From Mobula hypostoma (lineage: Eukaryota), in contig NC_086108.1 of assembly GCF_963921235.1 (NCBI RefSeq), positions 9,238,001 through 9,302,000 on the forward strand: a stretch of 64,000 bases of DNA, written 5' to 3'. Positions within the stretch are counted from its first letter, which is position 1, and every line of letters starts with the position of its first letter. Below the pieces are notes generated by a model that did not search any database, was not told where the DNA came from, and worked only from the letters and a program-made list of their open reading frames with translations. This document shows, in pieces, positions 23,355 through 36,892 of this stretch. A program made the translations under genes and the position numbers.

Positions 23355-25039
23355 GTACTTGAATGTGCATACATAGTTTCTCGTTAAGTCCAGCGGTACT
23401 ATTTAACTATTATGCTTTTGTTCTGGTTCAAAGGGAACTCCCTAGCCAAAATGACTATTGCAAAACTTCATGAAATCGCGTTAAAATTAATGTTAAGAGC
23501 GCTCTGGCGATCTGTTTGAACTGTTAGACCCGAGATACAGAAGGAGGGAATCAGGTGTCAAGTTAGGCACTCACTGTCAGGAAAGAGCATTTCTCTAGGC
23601 ACCATCAGAATGGTTTAGAACTTAAGATACAGGAGCAGAATTAGGCCGATTGGGTCCATTTCATCATGGCTAATCCATTTCTCTCTCAGTTACAATCTTC
23701 TGCCTTCTTTCCTGGCAGATCAAGAATCTATCAATCTCTGCCCTAAATATACCCAATGACTTGTCCTCCACAAATTCACCACTTTCTGGCTGAAGAGATT
23801 TCTCCTCATTTTTTATGCTATTTTGTCTGTTTTACTCCTAATTTGATTTTACCAAACCAGGCATTTAAATATTGGATTTTATTTAACTTTCAGCAACTTA
23901 AATGATTTTCCTCACCTTCTCTTAGATCCGAGATTCCTAGCCTTTTTTTTAATGCCATGGACCCTTACCATTATCCGAAGGATCCGTTGTCCTCGGTTGG
24001 GAACCCCTGCCTTAGAGGAAGCATCTTGTTTAGAGAATGTCATCCTTGGTATGGTATATTTTTTAAAGCGTAGACAGGTCACCTCTCCTGTCCAGGAGTT
24101 TCCTGCAGGTTTCTTATAATCAGTGTGCTGATGCTGAAACTGTTATACTTACTTATTGCCTGTTATGCTGCTGGCATTTAGGGCAGCAATGAAGGTCCCC
24201 CCATCTCTGGTGGTGTTCAGGGCTTCCTTCATTGTGTCAGTAGCTTCCCGTTGGTTTTCACTACTGTCAGTCACACAAGTCCCAAATGGAGACTTGGGAA
24301 TACTGTCACACTCAGATGTGGAAGGATTCTTCATTGCTGTTTCCATAACGATTTTGTTTGACCAGTCAGGGTTGTTAGCCCTGAGCTGAACCCCTGAACC
24401 CGGAGGACCAGTGGACCACTCTTAGTCTGGCCTTGACTCTTAGACCTGTTTGGCATGGGTGACCCTACCAAGAACTAAAATGTAAAGCCCTGACTCCAAC
24501 CAACATAGTTCTCTGGGTCATTGAGGCATGCAAGCCTCCAAACCCAACAATGAGGTTGTGGTCCATTTGGAGGTATCCTCCCTACCACTTGTATTTTTGT
24601 TACACAAACAGACAACAGACATTTTGTGGCAGAATTTGTAGTGCTGCTGCTAAACGGTGTGTGGAATTCTTCTTGCTATCACATGCCCAGCATTTTATAA
24701 ATACAACTAAAGTACGTGTAGCGAAATTAACGTTCCAGTTAGTGTAACAAAAGTAGGTACATGGCTCCTAAAGTATGCATATGGATAATGATTGAATATG
24801 ATTTGTTAATGCTTTCACAGAACACACTTTATGCCTTTTCTAGTTCACAAAGTTCATGGCACAAGAGTTAGTTGCTGGTGGGGCTTCACCTATATTGATT
24901 TTCTTTATAAATTGCTTGTTGGAAGTTCTTAATACCAGACCTAGGTCTGACTCTGTCCCATCTCATGCTGCTATATCATGGATGTACTGGGTGGCGATCG
25001 CTCACTTTTCAGTAGAAGCAAGAGAAGGTATGAAGATCA

Positions 25040-28000
25040 GAAGAAGTAAGAGTAGAATTAGGCCGTTCAACTCATTGAGCCTACTTCACCATTCCATCAT
25101 GGCTGATTTATTTTCCTTCTCAATTTTGTCTCCTATCTTCTCCCTGTAACCTTTGACACCCTAGCTAATCAAGAATATATCAACCTCTGCTTTAAATATA
25201 CCCAACGTCTTGACTCACAGCCATCTTTGACAATGAATTCCACAGATTCACCACTCTCTGGCTAAAGAAATTCCTATGCAACCCTGTTCTAAGTGGATGT
25301 CCTTCAATTCTGAGGTTGTGCCCTCTGGTCCTAGACTCTCCTACTATTCTAAACAGTCTCTCCACATCCACTCTTATCATCGACCTTTTAGTACTTGGTA
25401 GGTTTAAATGAGATTCCTTCTAATTCTTCTAGACTCCAGTGATTACAGGCCCAAAGCCACAAAGCACTCCATGCGTTAACCCTTTCATTTCCAGGATGAT
25501 TTTCCTATACTGTTCTACACCCTCTCCAATACCGGTGCATCCTTTCTTAGATAAGGGGCCCAAAATTGCTCACAATACTCCAAATGTGGTCTGCTCAATC
25601 TATATACTACTAAAACTCTCATGCTCTGTCTGTCTGTTTGTGACATCCAATTAGCGCAAACGGTGCATTACAGCAGCAATTGTTTTGGCTAAATCCAATT
25701 AAAATGCACTAACTTACAGAATGCAGGCAAAGTTCCGGGTTATATATTCATATAAAATTGCTCATTCGCCAAAAATCAACAGGCTGGCCTGCATCCGAGA
25801 GCCAATCGGCCATCATGGAAATCGGGACGCCACAGCCCAACGCATGTGCACGGCCAGCCTCAGCAGCTTGGAGGTTTTGGTGTTACTGCTTCCTATCTTC
25901 TATCAAGCATTAGGGTAAAAATACATGGATAGCCTAATTATGCCGCGTGGAAAGAGAAGGGGGACATTATGGTCAAGAGATTACACCAGACGTTGTTGGG
26001 AAGCGGCAAGGAGAGGGAGAGAACAACAATCAGATGAGGCCAGGGCCACATGACTCCAGGATCAAAGAGTCAGGACAAAAAAGAAGAGAGAAGGCGAGAC
26101 AGGAGGACAGTGCTGTGCGTCTCCAGAATGACAAAAACAGGCAGAGGAGGAGGAGAGAGAGAGACAGGAGAAAAGGAAAGATCAACTCGAGAATATGCGG
26201 CACAGAGTAATTATTGCGAGAGTTGCTGAAGACGACAATGGCTGCTTTCGACGACAATACCTCGACAGAGAAAGAGCAAGGCAAAATGCAGAACTCACAT
26301 GCTGTCACATTTCTGCTGATGTTGGTTCGATGACCAGAGTATGCCCTCACTGTCGTGCCTTCCTATTCACTGGAGAAACCACACATTTCTGCTGTATGAA
26401 GGGAAAGGTCAGGATAGGCAATTTGCAGCCTCTACCTAATGAACTCCTCAATTTGTACAGCAATGATGAACCTATTGCAAACGTGTTCAGGAAGAACATC
26501 AGACAATACAATTGCCTCTTCCAAATGACATCCTTTGGTGCCGAAGAAGTCATTCCAACTAGGAATCGATGGAATCCTTCTGTGATTATTCAAGGCCAAA
26601 TCCATCATTACATTGGACATTTAATTCCAGACCCGACCCAGCAAGCCTGATTCCTTCAAATTTACTTCATGGACTTAATGTTCATTCTGGTCACATATTT
26701 GTCTTGCTATGCATCTTTCTTCTTTAATAAGCTGAGTTTTTCTTCTTTAATTTCCAAATCAAAGAGATAGCAATAGCATTCAGGAAAATTTAATGTTCAT
26801 TCTGGTCACATCAGACTGCACTACCCTTCTCTCAAAGGGTGTCCCAACTGGTCACCCCGTTGTCTAGTGCCTTATAAAGGCTCAGCATTATATTCTTGCT
26901 TCTCTATTCTGAACCTCTCAGAATGAATGCTAACATTGCATTTGCCTTCCTTACCACTGACTCAACTTGCAAGTCCCACTGCACCTTCAATTTCTGAATT
27001 CAATCCCCATTTAGAAAATTGTCTAGAACTCCATTCCTTCCACCTGCCACTTCTTTGTCCATTCTCCTAATCTGTTCAAGTGCTGAAACTTAACGTTTCA
27101 GGAACTGCTTCTTCCCCCTCGCCATCAGATTTCTGAATGGACAATGAACCCACGAACACCACCTCACTATTGTCCCTCCTCTTTTTGTAGTACTTATTTA
27201 ATTTCTTATTTAGTATATACTTATTGTAATTTATAGTCTTTTCTTATTATGTATAACCCTGCTTTGTTCAAAACTACCTGCCCTCCACCTATCTTTGTAC
27301 CATCTGCAAACTTGGACACAAAGCCATCAATTCCATCAACCAGATCATTAACATATAACGTGAAAAGAACTGGACCCAACACCGACCCCTGCAGACCACT
27401 AGTCGCCGGCAGCCAGCCAAAAATGACTCCCTTTATTCCCATTCTTTGCTTCCTGCCAGTTGGCTAATCTGCTATCCATGCTAGTATCTTTTCTGTAATA
27501 CCATGGACTTGTTAAGCAGCCTCATGTGCAGCCTACAGATTTCTAAGATAACATTTCCCCTTAAGAAAACCATGCTAACTTTGGTCTATTTAATCATGTG
27601 CTTCCAAGTACCCCGAAACCTCATCCTTAATAAAGGACTCTAGCATCTTCCCAACCACTGAAGTCAGGTTAACTGGCCTATGATTTCCTGTCTTTTGCCT
27701 CCCTCCCTTTTAAAAGTGGAGCGACTTTTGCAATTTTCCAATCCTCTGGAACCATTCCGGAATTTAGTAGTTCTTCAAAGATCATTATTAATGCCTGCTC
27801 AATCTATTCAGCTATCTCCTACACCTGGGATGTAGTCCTTGAGGTCCAGGTGACTTAACTACCTTAAGATCTTTTAGCTTCCCAAGCACCTTCTCTTTAG
27901 TAATAGCAATGATACTCACTTCTGCCCTCTGACACTTGACTTTCTGGCATTCTGCTTGTCTTCCACAGTGAAGATTGATGCAAAATACTTATTAAGTTTG

Positions 28001-28045
28001 TCTGCCATTTCTTCCTCTAAGTTATTTCCCCATTACTGCCTCTCC
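25040..28045 (-). mobile_element. Decayed CR1 LINE, host of the Helitron
   Basis: RVVNLWNSL, QGSVLGPVLF and SKFADGTK fragments on the minus strand; interrupted at 25599-26867. Confidence 0.85.
25599..26867 (+). mobile_element. Internally deleted Helitron with an N-terminal Rep/Hel coding remnant (26195-26650)
   Basis: 5' TC (A|TCTATATACT) and 3' CTAG|T, with an imperfect subterminal hairpin CAACTGGT...ACCCCGTTG at 26845-26862. Inserted between A and T of the host CR1 with no TSD. Peptide CPHCRA...CCMKGKV...FRKNIRQYNCLFQMTSFG...IQGQIHHYIG is typical of a Helitron N-terminus. Confidence 0.9.
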
Positions 28046-28934
28046 ATTGTCATTTTGTAGGATCTGTCACAGCGACGTTGCTCAATAAAATCACGTAATG
28101 GGCAGTCCAGCGTCAATAAGGACGGAAATTTTGGATTTCTCTCCTCCTTCCTCTACCCCCTCCCATCAATACACCAGAGCTGTTGAAGTTGGGCAAAGTT
28201 TGAAAAATACATTTTGATGAAAAAAATAATATTTAAGAAGATGGCTCATGTTTCCCTGGCATTGATTGGACTGTGAATGATGCCATCCCAAGCACAGGGT
28301 CTATTTGTTTATTTATTGAGATGCAGCACAGAATAGGCCCTTTTGGCCCTTTGAGCCACACCCAGCAATCCCCTGATTTTTTTTAACCCTACCATAATCA
28401 TGGGACAATTTACAATGACTAATTAACCTATCAAGTGGTATATCTTTGGACTGTGGGAGGAAACTGGAGCACCTGGTCGCAGAAGAATGTACAAACTCCA
28501 AACAGGCAGTGGCAGAAATCAAACCCAGGTTGCTGGTACCCTAAATCGTTGTGCTAACCACTGTGTTACCATGCCGCCCCAAATCTGTGACCCCTGGACT
28601 AAACTGGCTGATTGGATGCAATCTATAGAACTCTGTCTATTAAACTCAAAAACTAGGAGCAAATCCCACATTAGTTGGCAAAGGGGGTGAACAATCAGGT
28701 GCCAGACATGACATTCAATTCCAGCCAATGCAAGAGTTCAGTTGGAATGCGTAATCTTTATTGTGTATCCCCTAATTGATCACAGATGTTGCAGTGTCTG
28801 CCAGATTGATCAGCCTGTACCTTGGGACCATACAAGTTCAAGTTTAAGTTTGACTGTCATTCACCCAAACATATGTATACAGCTAAATGAAACAGCATTC
28901 CTCCAGGGCTGCTGTATTGATTTGAAATAGTCCG

Positions 28935-29125
28935 CCGGTGCTGTAGTGGCATCCGCACCGGACTTTGAGGCATGTTGTCCCAGGTTCGAATCTGGACAGC
29001 TCCTTACACACTTTCTATCCATGCTGAGTTGAGTGTCAAGTTAGCAACTTGGATTTGCAAAAAAACCGACAGCTAAAGAAACGACAAAGAATACACCACA
29101 AGGCACGGAGAGGAGTAACAACATT
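28935..29125 (+). mobile_element. tRNA-derived SINE
   Basis: A-box-like TGTAGTGG and B-box GGTTCGAATC, no complete cloverleaf, and a short AAC tail. Confidence 0.55.
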
Positions 29126-32100
29126 GATTTGAAAGGGTTATGGGGAGGAGGTAGAGAGATGGCTGCTTCTCCGTTACCAGATGTTTTCCCTTGCCTCATG
29201 ACAGTCCCCTGCAGTCCAAATGCTCAGACTATTTTTGTCTAATTTTATGATTTTTTTTTGTTTGGGAGTTTTACATGCCTTCTACTTGGCACACTGGAAG
29301 TAAGTGAACACCAGTTTCAAATGGTCTAATTTAATATCAGAGAATGCATACTGTATACAACCTGAACTTCGTACTCTTCACAGACATCCACAAAACAAGA
29401 AACCCCATAGAATGAATGATGGAAATGTCAGAACCCCATAGCCCCCACTTGTACCAGCTGAAGCACCAACCACCTTCCCAGCCCTCCACCATGCAAGCAA
29501 TAACAAAAGCTTCCAAAGGGACCTTGATCTAGGGTCCATCAAAAGTTATAGACCGTAACCCATTACTTTGGTGTCTCAGACAGGTTTTCCCTCTCTCTAA
29601 AAAGGGAGAGAGAGAGATTGCCCTTGCACCAACGAGGGCAGAGACCTGCAACTCACTGTTCTAATGTTACAGTCTTCTGTGTCACTTCTCCAAGTCTCTG
29701 GGACTGACAGGTTCTTACTCTCCATCAAAAGAGAGAGAGAGCAAGGGAACACTCAAGTACAGAGGCCTTCTTCCAACAGCAGCACACACAGCCTGCTCTC
29801 TTGATGTTTCAGTGTCGTACAGTTGGTGAAATCAGCAAGGAACCGGGTCATCTATGGGGCCGCTACTCAAAGGTGCATGTCTTCCAGGTCATTCCTGGAG
29901 ATAGTGAAGCACCAGACTGCACAGCTTGTCCGAAAACCGTAGTTTGGACTGTAGATCATGGACTTGGACAGAATCTCGACCACCTAGAAAAGAAAAGGAA
30001 GACTTAAGAAGAATAAGCTGTTTCATGGACAAACTGGAAGAAGTCGCCTGGGTCTACAAAAATTGCTGGCACCATTTTTCGTACCCCCTCCTCCTCCACC
30101 TCCATTTCCTAGTACCATTTCTTTGTAAATAATGCACAATGCAGAATTAGTGTGGTACCAAAGTGTGCTGGGGTTTCAGCTTTGGAGGACTATCTGTTCC
30201 CATTCTCCAGACTTCAAAAATGATATCATTAGTGAGCACTGGCAGTCTTATTTTCTTTCCTTTTTCTAAGTCCCGCTACTTGCCAATTCCTGGAGCATTG
30301 GGCAGAGGAAATAAGATTTACAAGCTGACACATTTATCCTGGTCGGGGTATTCCAACTAGTAACAGATGAGAGCATTTAACACCACTCCTGCTTTTTCTG
30401 GGGATTCTGCAGATGCCTACCTGGAAAATGTTCCATGCGAAATGTGGATTAGAGGTTTCAGAGCTTCATATTTTTTCATGGCATTTCAGCCCACAGAGAA
30501 TCACAAACAGGTTTAATATCATCGGCATATATCATGAAGTTTGTTAGCTTTGTGACAGTGGCACAGTGCAATACATGGTAATAATTTAGAGAAAAGAGCT
30601 GAATTATTATGAAAATATATACATAGACACATACACAAACATATATAAAATAGTTAAAATTAAATAAGTAGAGCAAAAACAGAAATAAAGGAGTAGCAGT
30701 CATGGGTTCAATGTCCATTCAGAAATTGGATGGCAGAGGAGAAGTAGCTGTTCCTGAATTATTGAGTGTGTGTCTTCAGGCTTCTGTACCTCCTTTCTGA
30801 TAGTAACAACGATTACAAGGCTGGATAGGGGTCCTTAATGATGGATGTTGCCTTTTTGAGGCACTGCTCCTTGAAGATATCCTGGGTTCTGTCGAGGCTA
30901 GTGCCCATGATGGAGCTGACTAAGTCCCCACCCCCCCCCCCCCATACCAGATGGTGATGCACCCAGTTAGAAGGCTGAGAACTAGGGTTGAGGAGGAGAT
31001 TTGAAAAAGGATCAGCCATAATTAAGTAGTGGAGCAGACTCGATGGGCCAAATGGCCTAATTCTGCTCCTATGTCTTATGGTCTAAGGTCACCTAAAACA
31101 CTGTACATTGGAAGAAATTTGTTAGTGTTTTAGGTGACATAAGACCATAAGACATAGGAGCAGAATTAGGCCATCTGGCCCATTGAGTCTGCTCCACCAT
31201 TCAATCATGGCTGATCCCTTTCTTTTAATCTCCTCCTCAACCCCAGTTCCCAACCTTCACCCCATAACCTTTGATGCCATGTCCAATCAAAAGAACCTAT
31301 CAATCTCTGCTTTAAATACACCCAACAACCTAGCCTCCACAGCTGCGTGTGGCAATAAATTCCACAGATTCACCACCCTTTGGCTAAGGAAGTTTCTCCG
31401 CATCTTTGTTTTGAAACGGTGCCCCTCTAAATTGAGGATGTGCCCTCTTGTCTTGGACTCTCCCACCATGGGAAACATCCTTTCCACATCTACTCTGTCT
31501 AGGCCTTTCAACATTTGAATGGTTTCAATGAGATCCCCCCTCATCCTTCTGAATTCCAGTGAGTACAGACCCAGAGCCATCAATTGTGCGTGGTATGATA
31601 ACCCTTTCATTCCTGGAATCATCCTTATGAACCTCCTCTGGACCCTCTCCAATGCCAGCATATCTTTTCTATGATGAGGGGCCCAAAACTGTTCACAATT
31701 CTCAAGGTGAAGCCTCATCAGTACCTTATAAAGCCTCAGCATCACATCCTTGCTCCTGTATTCTAGACCTTTTTTGAAATGAATGCGATCGTGAGGCATT
31801 TGCCTTCCTCACCAACGACTCAACCTGCAAGTTAACCTTCAGGGTGTTCTGTGCAAGGACTCCCAAGTCGCTCTGCATCTCAGATTCCTGGATTTTTTCC
31901 CCATTTAGAAAATAGTCTGCACATTTATTTTTACTACCAAAGTGCATGACTATGCATTTTTCAATATTGTATTTCATTTGCCTCTTTCTTGCCCATTCTC
32001 CTAACCTGTCTAAGTCCTTCTGCATCCTACCTGTCTCCTCAACACTATCTGCCCATCCACCAATTTTTTATCATCTGCAAACTTGGCACCAAAGCCATCT

Positions 32101-34639
32101 ATTCCATCATCTAAATCATTCATATACAGCATAAAAAGAAATGGTCCCAACACCGACCCCTGCAGAACACCACTAGTCACTGGCGGCTAACCAAAAAAGG
32201 ATCCTTTTATTCCCACTCTCTGCCTCCTACCAATTAGCCAATGCTCTAACCATGTTAGTAACTTCCTTAACTTGGCAAGCAGCTTCATTTGTGGTACCTT
32301 GTCAAAGATCTTCTGAAAGTCCAAATATACAACATCCACTGCATCCCCTTTATCTAGCCTACTTGTAATCTCCTCAAAGAATTCCAACAGGTTCATCAGG
32401 TAGGATTGTCGCTTAAGGAAACCATGCTGACTTTGTCCTATCTTGTCCTACGTCACCAAGTACTCCATCACCTCATCCTTAACAATTGACTCTTAACATC
32501 TTCCCAACCACTGAGGTCAGGCTAACTGGTCTATAATTTCCTTTCTGCTGCCTGCCTTCCTCCTTTCTTAAAAAGTGGAGTAACATTTGCAATTTTCCAA
32601 TCCTCTGGCGCCATGCCAGAGTCCAATGATTTTTCAAAGATCATTTCTTTTTTTTTGTAATTTATTTTTTATTGAAGTTCATCATCAAACAAACATTTCC
32701 ATAAAATGTATTTCAGATTTTGTACATATATATCATATAATCATATTTGCCACAAATCTCCACATATTTATCTGAGGTATACACCTATAGAAAAGAGGGT
32801 AAAGAAAGAACAAGCAAAAGAGAAAAATATGTACAAGTAGGGAGTGATCTTGTTTTTACAACATATTCGTTGATTTGTGAGAATAGAATCAGAGCTATGA
32901 GGTGTTAAGTAGTTGAACCATTTTTCCCAGTATGAGTCAAGTTGTTCCAACTTATGATTAACAGATGCTGTTATCTTCTCCATTTTGTAAATGTCCATTG
33001 TAATTTCCATTCATGTGTTTAAAGTTGGGCTCTCCTGTGATAACCATTTTCTGGTAAGAGTCTTTTTACCAGCCACCAGCAGTACATTCATTAAATATTT
33101 ATCTCTTTTCAACCATTCTTGAGGTACATCCCCAAAATATATGGTCTTACTTTCTAAGGGTATTTCACATTTAAAAATGTCTTGTAGGGCATTGTGTATC
33201 CCACTCCAATAGTCTTTGATAAAGGGGCAATCCCAGAAAATATGATAATGGTTTGCATTTTGATTTCCACAATTTCTCCAGCAAAAAAGGGAGGTTACTG
33301 TCATAATGGGATTTCTGAGAGGGTGTGATAAAATATCTTATCAAGTTTTACCATCCAAACTCCCTCCATTTCTGTGAACTGGTACACTCCATATTATTGT
33401 CTATTCTTCCTCAGATGTAATTATCCCTCCTTCCTTCACCCATTTTTTTTTAATGTATGAAGTTGAATGTGTTTTAAGATTTGACAAACCCTTACACATG
33501 CTTGAAGTTAATCTACTACTGTTATCTGAATTATATGCTTTTCTAAATAACTCTATCAAACATGTAATTGCCTTGGTTACATTTCTAACCCTCCTATTAA
33601 CATACTGTCGCATCTGTAGATACCGATAAAAGTCTTGTTTTTCTAATAAGTGTTTCTCTTTAAGCATTTCAAAACTGAACAGTGTTCCTTCTTTCATTAT
33701 ATTGTAAATAGCTGTTATTCCTTTAGCTGTCCAGTCCTTAAGTCTAGCATCCAGTTTATTCGGCGGAAAATCCGAGTCAGATGCACACTATTTAAGAATT
33801 GCAATATCTCCCTCTAGTTTATATTCTTTTATAATAGTTTTCCATATTTTAAGAGTCCATTTCACCCATGTATTATCAATAGTATATATGTACCTTTGTA
33901 GGTTGTTAATCAGCCAAAATTGCTTGAATGGGGATGGGAAGTATCCCGTCCTCAATGTTTTTCCATTGAGCGTCATATGATGGGTTGCACCAACACATCA
34001 CGGCTCTCAACTGTGCTGCAAAATAATAATCTCTAAGAGAAGGTAGGCACCGTCCCCCCTTTTCCTTGGCTAATTGCAAAGTTTTGAGACAAACTCTAGG
34101 CCTTTTACCTTGCCATATATATCTTGATAACATTTTGTTCCATTCATTGAATTGATTCTGATTAATCTCTATAGGTAGGGTCTGAAAGTGATATAATATT
34201 CTGGGCAAGATATTCATTTTAATAGATTCAATCCTTGAACTGAGACTAAAAAAGGGAATTAGGTTCCATTTTGTTATATCTTCCTTAATTTTTTTTATAT
34301 ATAGGCTGATAATTGCATTCTGATAATTTTGACAAATCTTTTGGCATAATGATACCCAAATATTTGAAAGACTTTGCCATGCCCCGAGATATCTGCTTTC
34401 AATTTCTCTTGGTGGGCTATGGTTATATGAAAGTAATTGGGTTTTATCTATGTTGATCTTGCTTCCTGATAATTGACCGTATTGTTCAAAGGATTGCATC
34501 AATTTAGGTAAAGAGTATGCTGGTTGCCCTAGATAGATAAAAATGTCATCCGCGTAACAGGCCAATTTATGCTCTGTCCCTTTAATAGTAATTCCCGTGA
34601 TATCTTAATTTTGTCTGATGTATTGAGCTAATGGTTCCA

Positions 34640-36892
34640 ACGGGTCAAAGCTGGAACTTCAGGCTTGTTTTGACTGCACGGATTGGTGTGTCTTTGAGGC
34701 TGCAGCTACAGATCTTCATGATCTGTCTGACATCGTGACCTCATACATCAGTTTTTGTGAAGACATGAGCATTCCAACAAAAACCTTCAGCACATTCAAC
34801 AACAACAAGCCCTGGTTCACATCACAACTCAGGCAGCTTTGTCGGGAGAAGGAGGAGGCGTACAGAAGAGGGGACAGGATTCTGTACAAACGAGCAAGCC
34901 CTGGTTCACATCACAACTCAGGCAGCTTTGTCGGGAGGAGGAGGAGGTGTACGGAAGAGGGGATAGGATTCTGTACAAACGAGCCAGGAACACACCGACA
35001 AGGGAGATTAAGGCAGTGAAGAAGCGCTACATTGGAAAACTGCAAAACAGGTTTTCAGACAATGACCCAGTGTCAGTGTGGAAGGGGCTCCAAGAGATCA
35101 CCAACTACAAGAAACCATTCCCCCAGGCTGTGGAGAGCCACCAACTGACTGACGATCTGAACAAGTTTTATTGTAGATTCGACACCTTCATTCCCCCCCC
35201 AGCCAAAACACAGACCTACCTGCAACCCCCATCATCCATCACCCCGACATGTCAGTATCCGCTTTCTCACCCCACATTACAAAAACTGCTCCCCCTACCC
35301 CCTTCACTTCAACCTTCTTGAATCTGCACTCAGGATCTGTGAGAGGGAGCTGAGTCAGCTGTTCCGGAGGCAGAAGACCAGGAAAGCGCCAGACGGCGTA
35401 TCGTCCTCCTGCCTGAAGACCTGCGCTGATCAGCTGGCCCCCATCTACACACGGATCTTCAATAGATCACTGGAGCTGTGTGAAGTCCCTCATTGCTTCA
35501 AGCGCTCCATTATCATTCCAGTCCCTAAGAAACCCACTATCAAGGGACTAAATGACTACAAGCCTGTTGCCTTGACATCTGTGGTCATGAGGTCCTTTGA
35601 GAGACTAGTGTTGGCTCACCTGAAGGACATCACAGGCCCCCTGCTGGACCCCCTGCAGTTTGCTTATCCGGCAAACAGGTCAGTGGATGATGCAGTCAGC
35701 ATGGGACTGCATTACATACTACAACACCTTGACAACCCAGGAACTTCTGCGAGGGTCCTGTTTGTTAACTTCAGCTCGACGTTCAACACCATTGTCCCAG
35801 AAATCCTCCACTTCTAACTCACCCAGCTCACTGTCTCCCTCGCCATCTGTCAGTGGATCACAAGCTCCCTGACTGACAGGGTGCAGCAAGTGAGGCTGGG
35901 AAGCATCATTTCTAACACCCAGACAATCAGTACCGGTGCCCCCCAGGGATGTGTGCTCTCCCCACTGTTCTTCTCCCTTTACACTAATGACTGTACCTCA
36001 CAGGATCCATCTGTTAAACTCCTGAAGTTTGCAGACGACACAACTGTCATTGGCCTTATCCGAGACGGTGGTGAGTCTGCATACAGATGGGTGGTGGAAC
36101 GGCTGGCCCTCTGGAATGGTCAGAACAATCTGGAGCTAAATACGCTCAAGACTGTGGAGATGACAGTGGACTTCAGGAGGAGCCCCCCAGTACTCCCCCC
36201 ACTCACTATACTCAACAGTATTGTGTCTGCTGTGGAGACCTTCAGGTTTCTGGGTGTCACAATCTCCCAGGACCTGAAATGGACACGCAGCACGGACACT
36301 CTTATCAAAAAGGCTCAGCAGAGGTTGTATTTCCTACGTCAACTCAGGAAGTACAACCTGCCTCAGGAGCTGCTGATTCAATTCTATTCAGGAATAATCC
36401 AGTCTGTTCTCTGTTTGTCCATCACTGTCTGGGTTGGATCAGCTACCAAACAAGACAAGAATAGACTCCAAAGAACCGTCAGGGCTGCGGAAAGGATTAT
36501 TGGTGTGAAACTGCCCTCGATCCAGGACTTGTATGCATCTAGAGTCAGGAAGCGAGCAAGCAGCATCATTGTAGACCCATCGCACCCTGGACATCACCTG
36601 TTCCAACTCCTTCCTTCTGGTAGGCGCTTTAGATCACTGTATACCAGGACAAATAGGTACAAGAACAGTTTCTTTCCATATGCCATCAGTTTTACTAACA
36701 CTTGAACTTTAGTCTATTATAAACCAAGTCCACCTGTACATACACAGGTATACCTCATTGTATATAGTTCACGATTATTTGCACTATTGTTTTGTTTGCT
36801 TTTTGATTCTGTACAGCGAGAGCTCAGGGAAACCGGCATCAAATTCCCTGTATGTGTCCACACACTTGGCGATAATAAAGGATTCTGATTCT
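34640..36892 (+). mobile_element. Young Rex1/Babar-like LINE (5'-truncated) inserted in L1 ORF2
   Basis: LDPLQFAY, GAPQGCVLSPL, KFADDTT and KKAQQRLYFLRQL motifs; AATAAA and (GATTCT)n tail. Removing it restores L1 FALYLEPL. Confidence 0.92.

Noticed and set aside
28935..29010. tRNA gene
   Set aside because: It has a B-box but no convincing acceptor stem or cloverleaf, and it continues into a SINE-like body.
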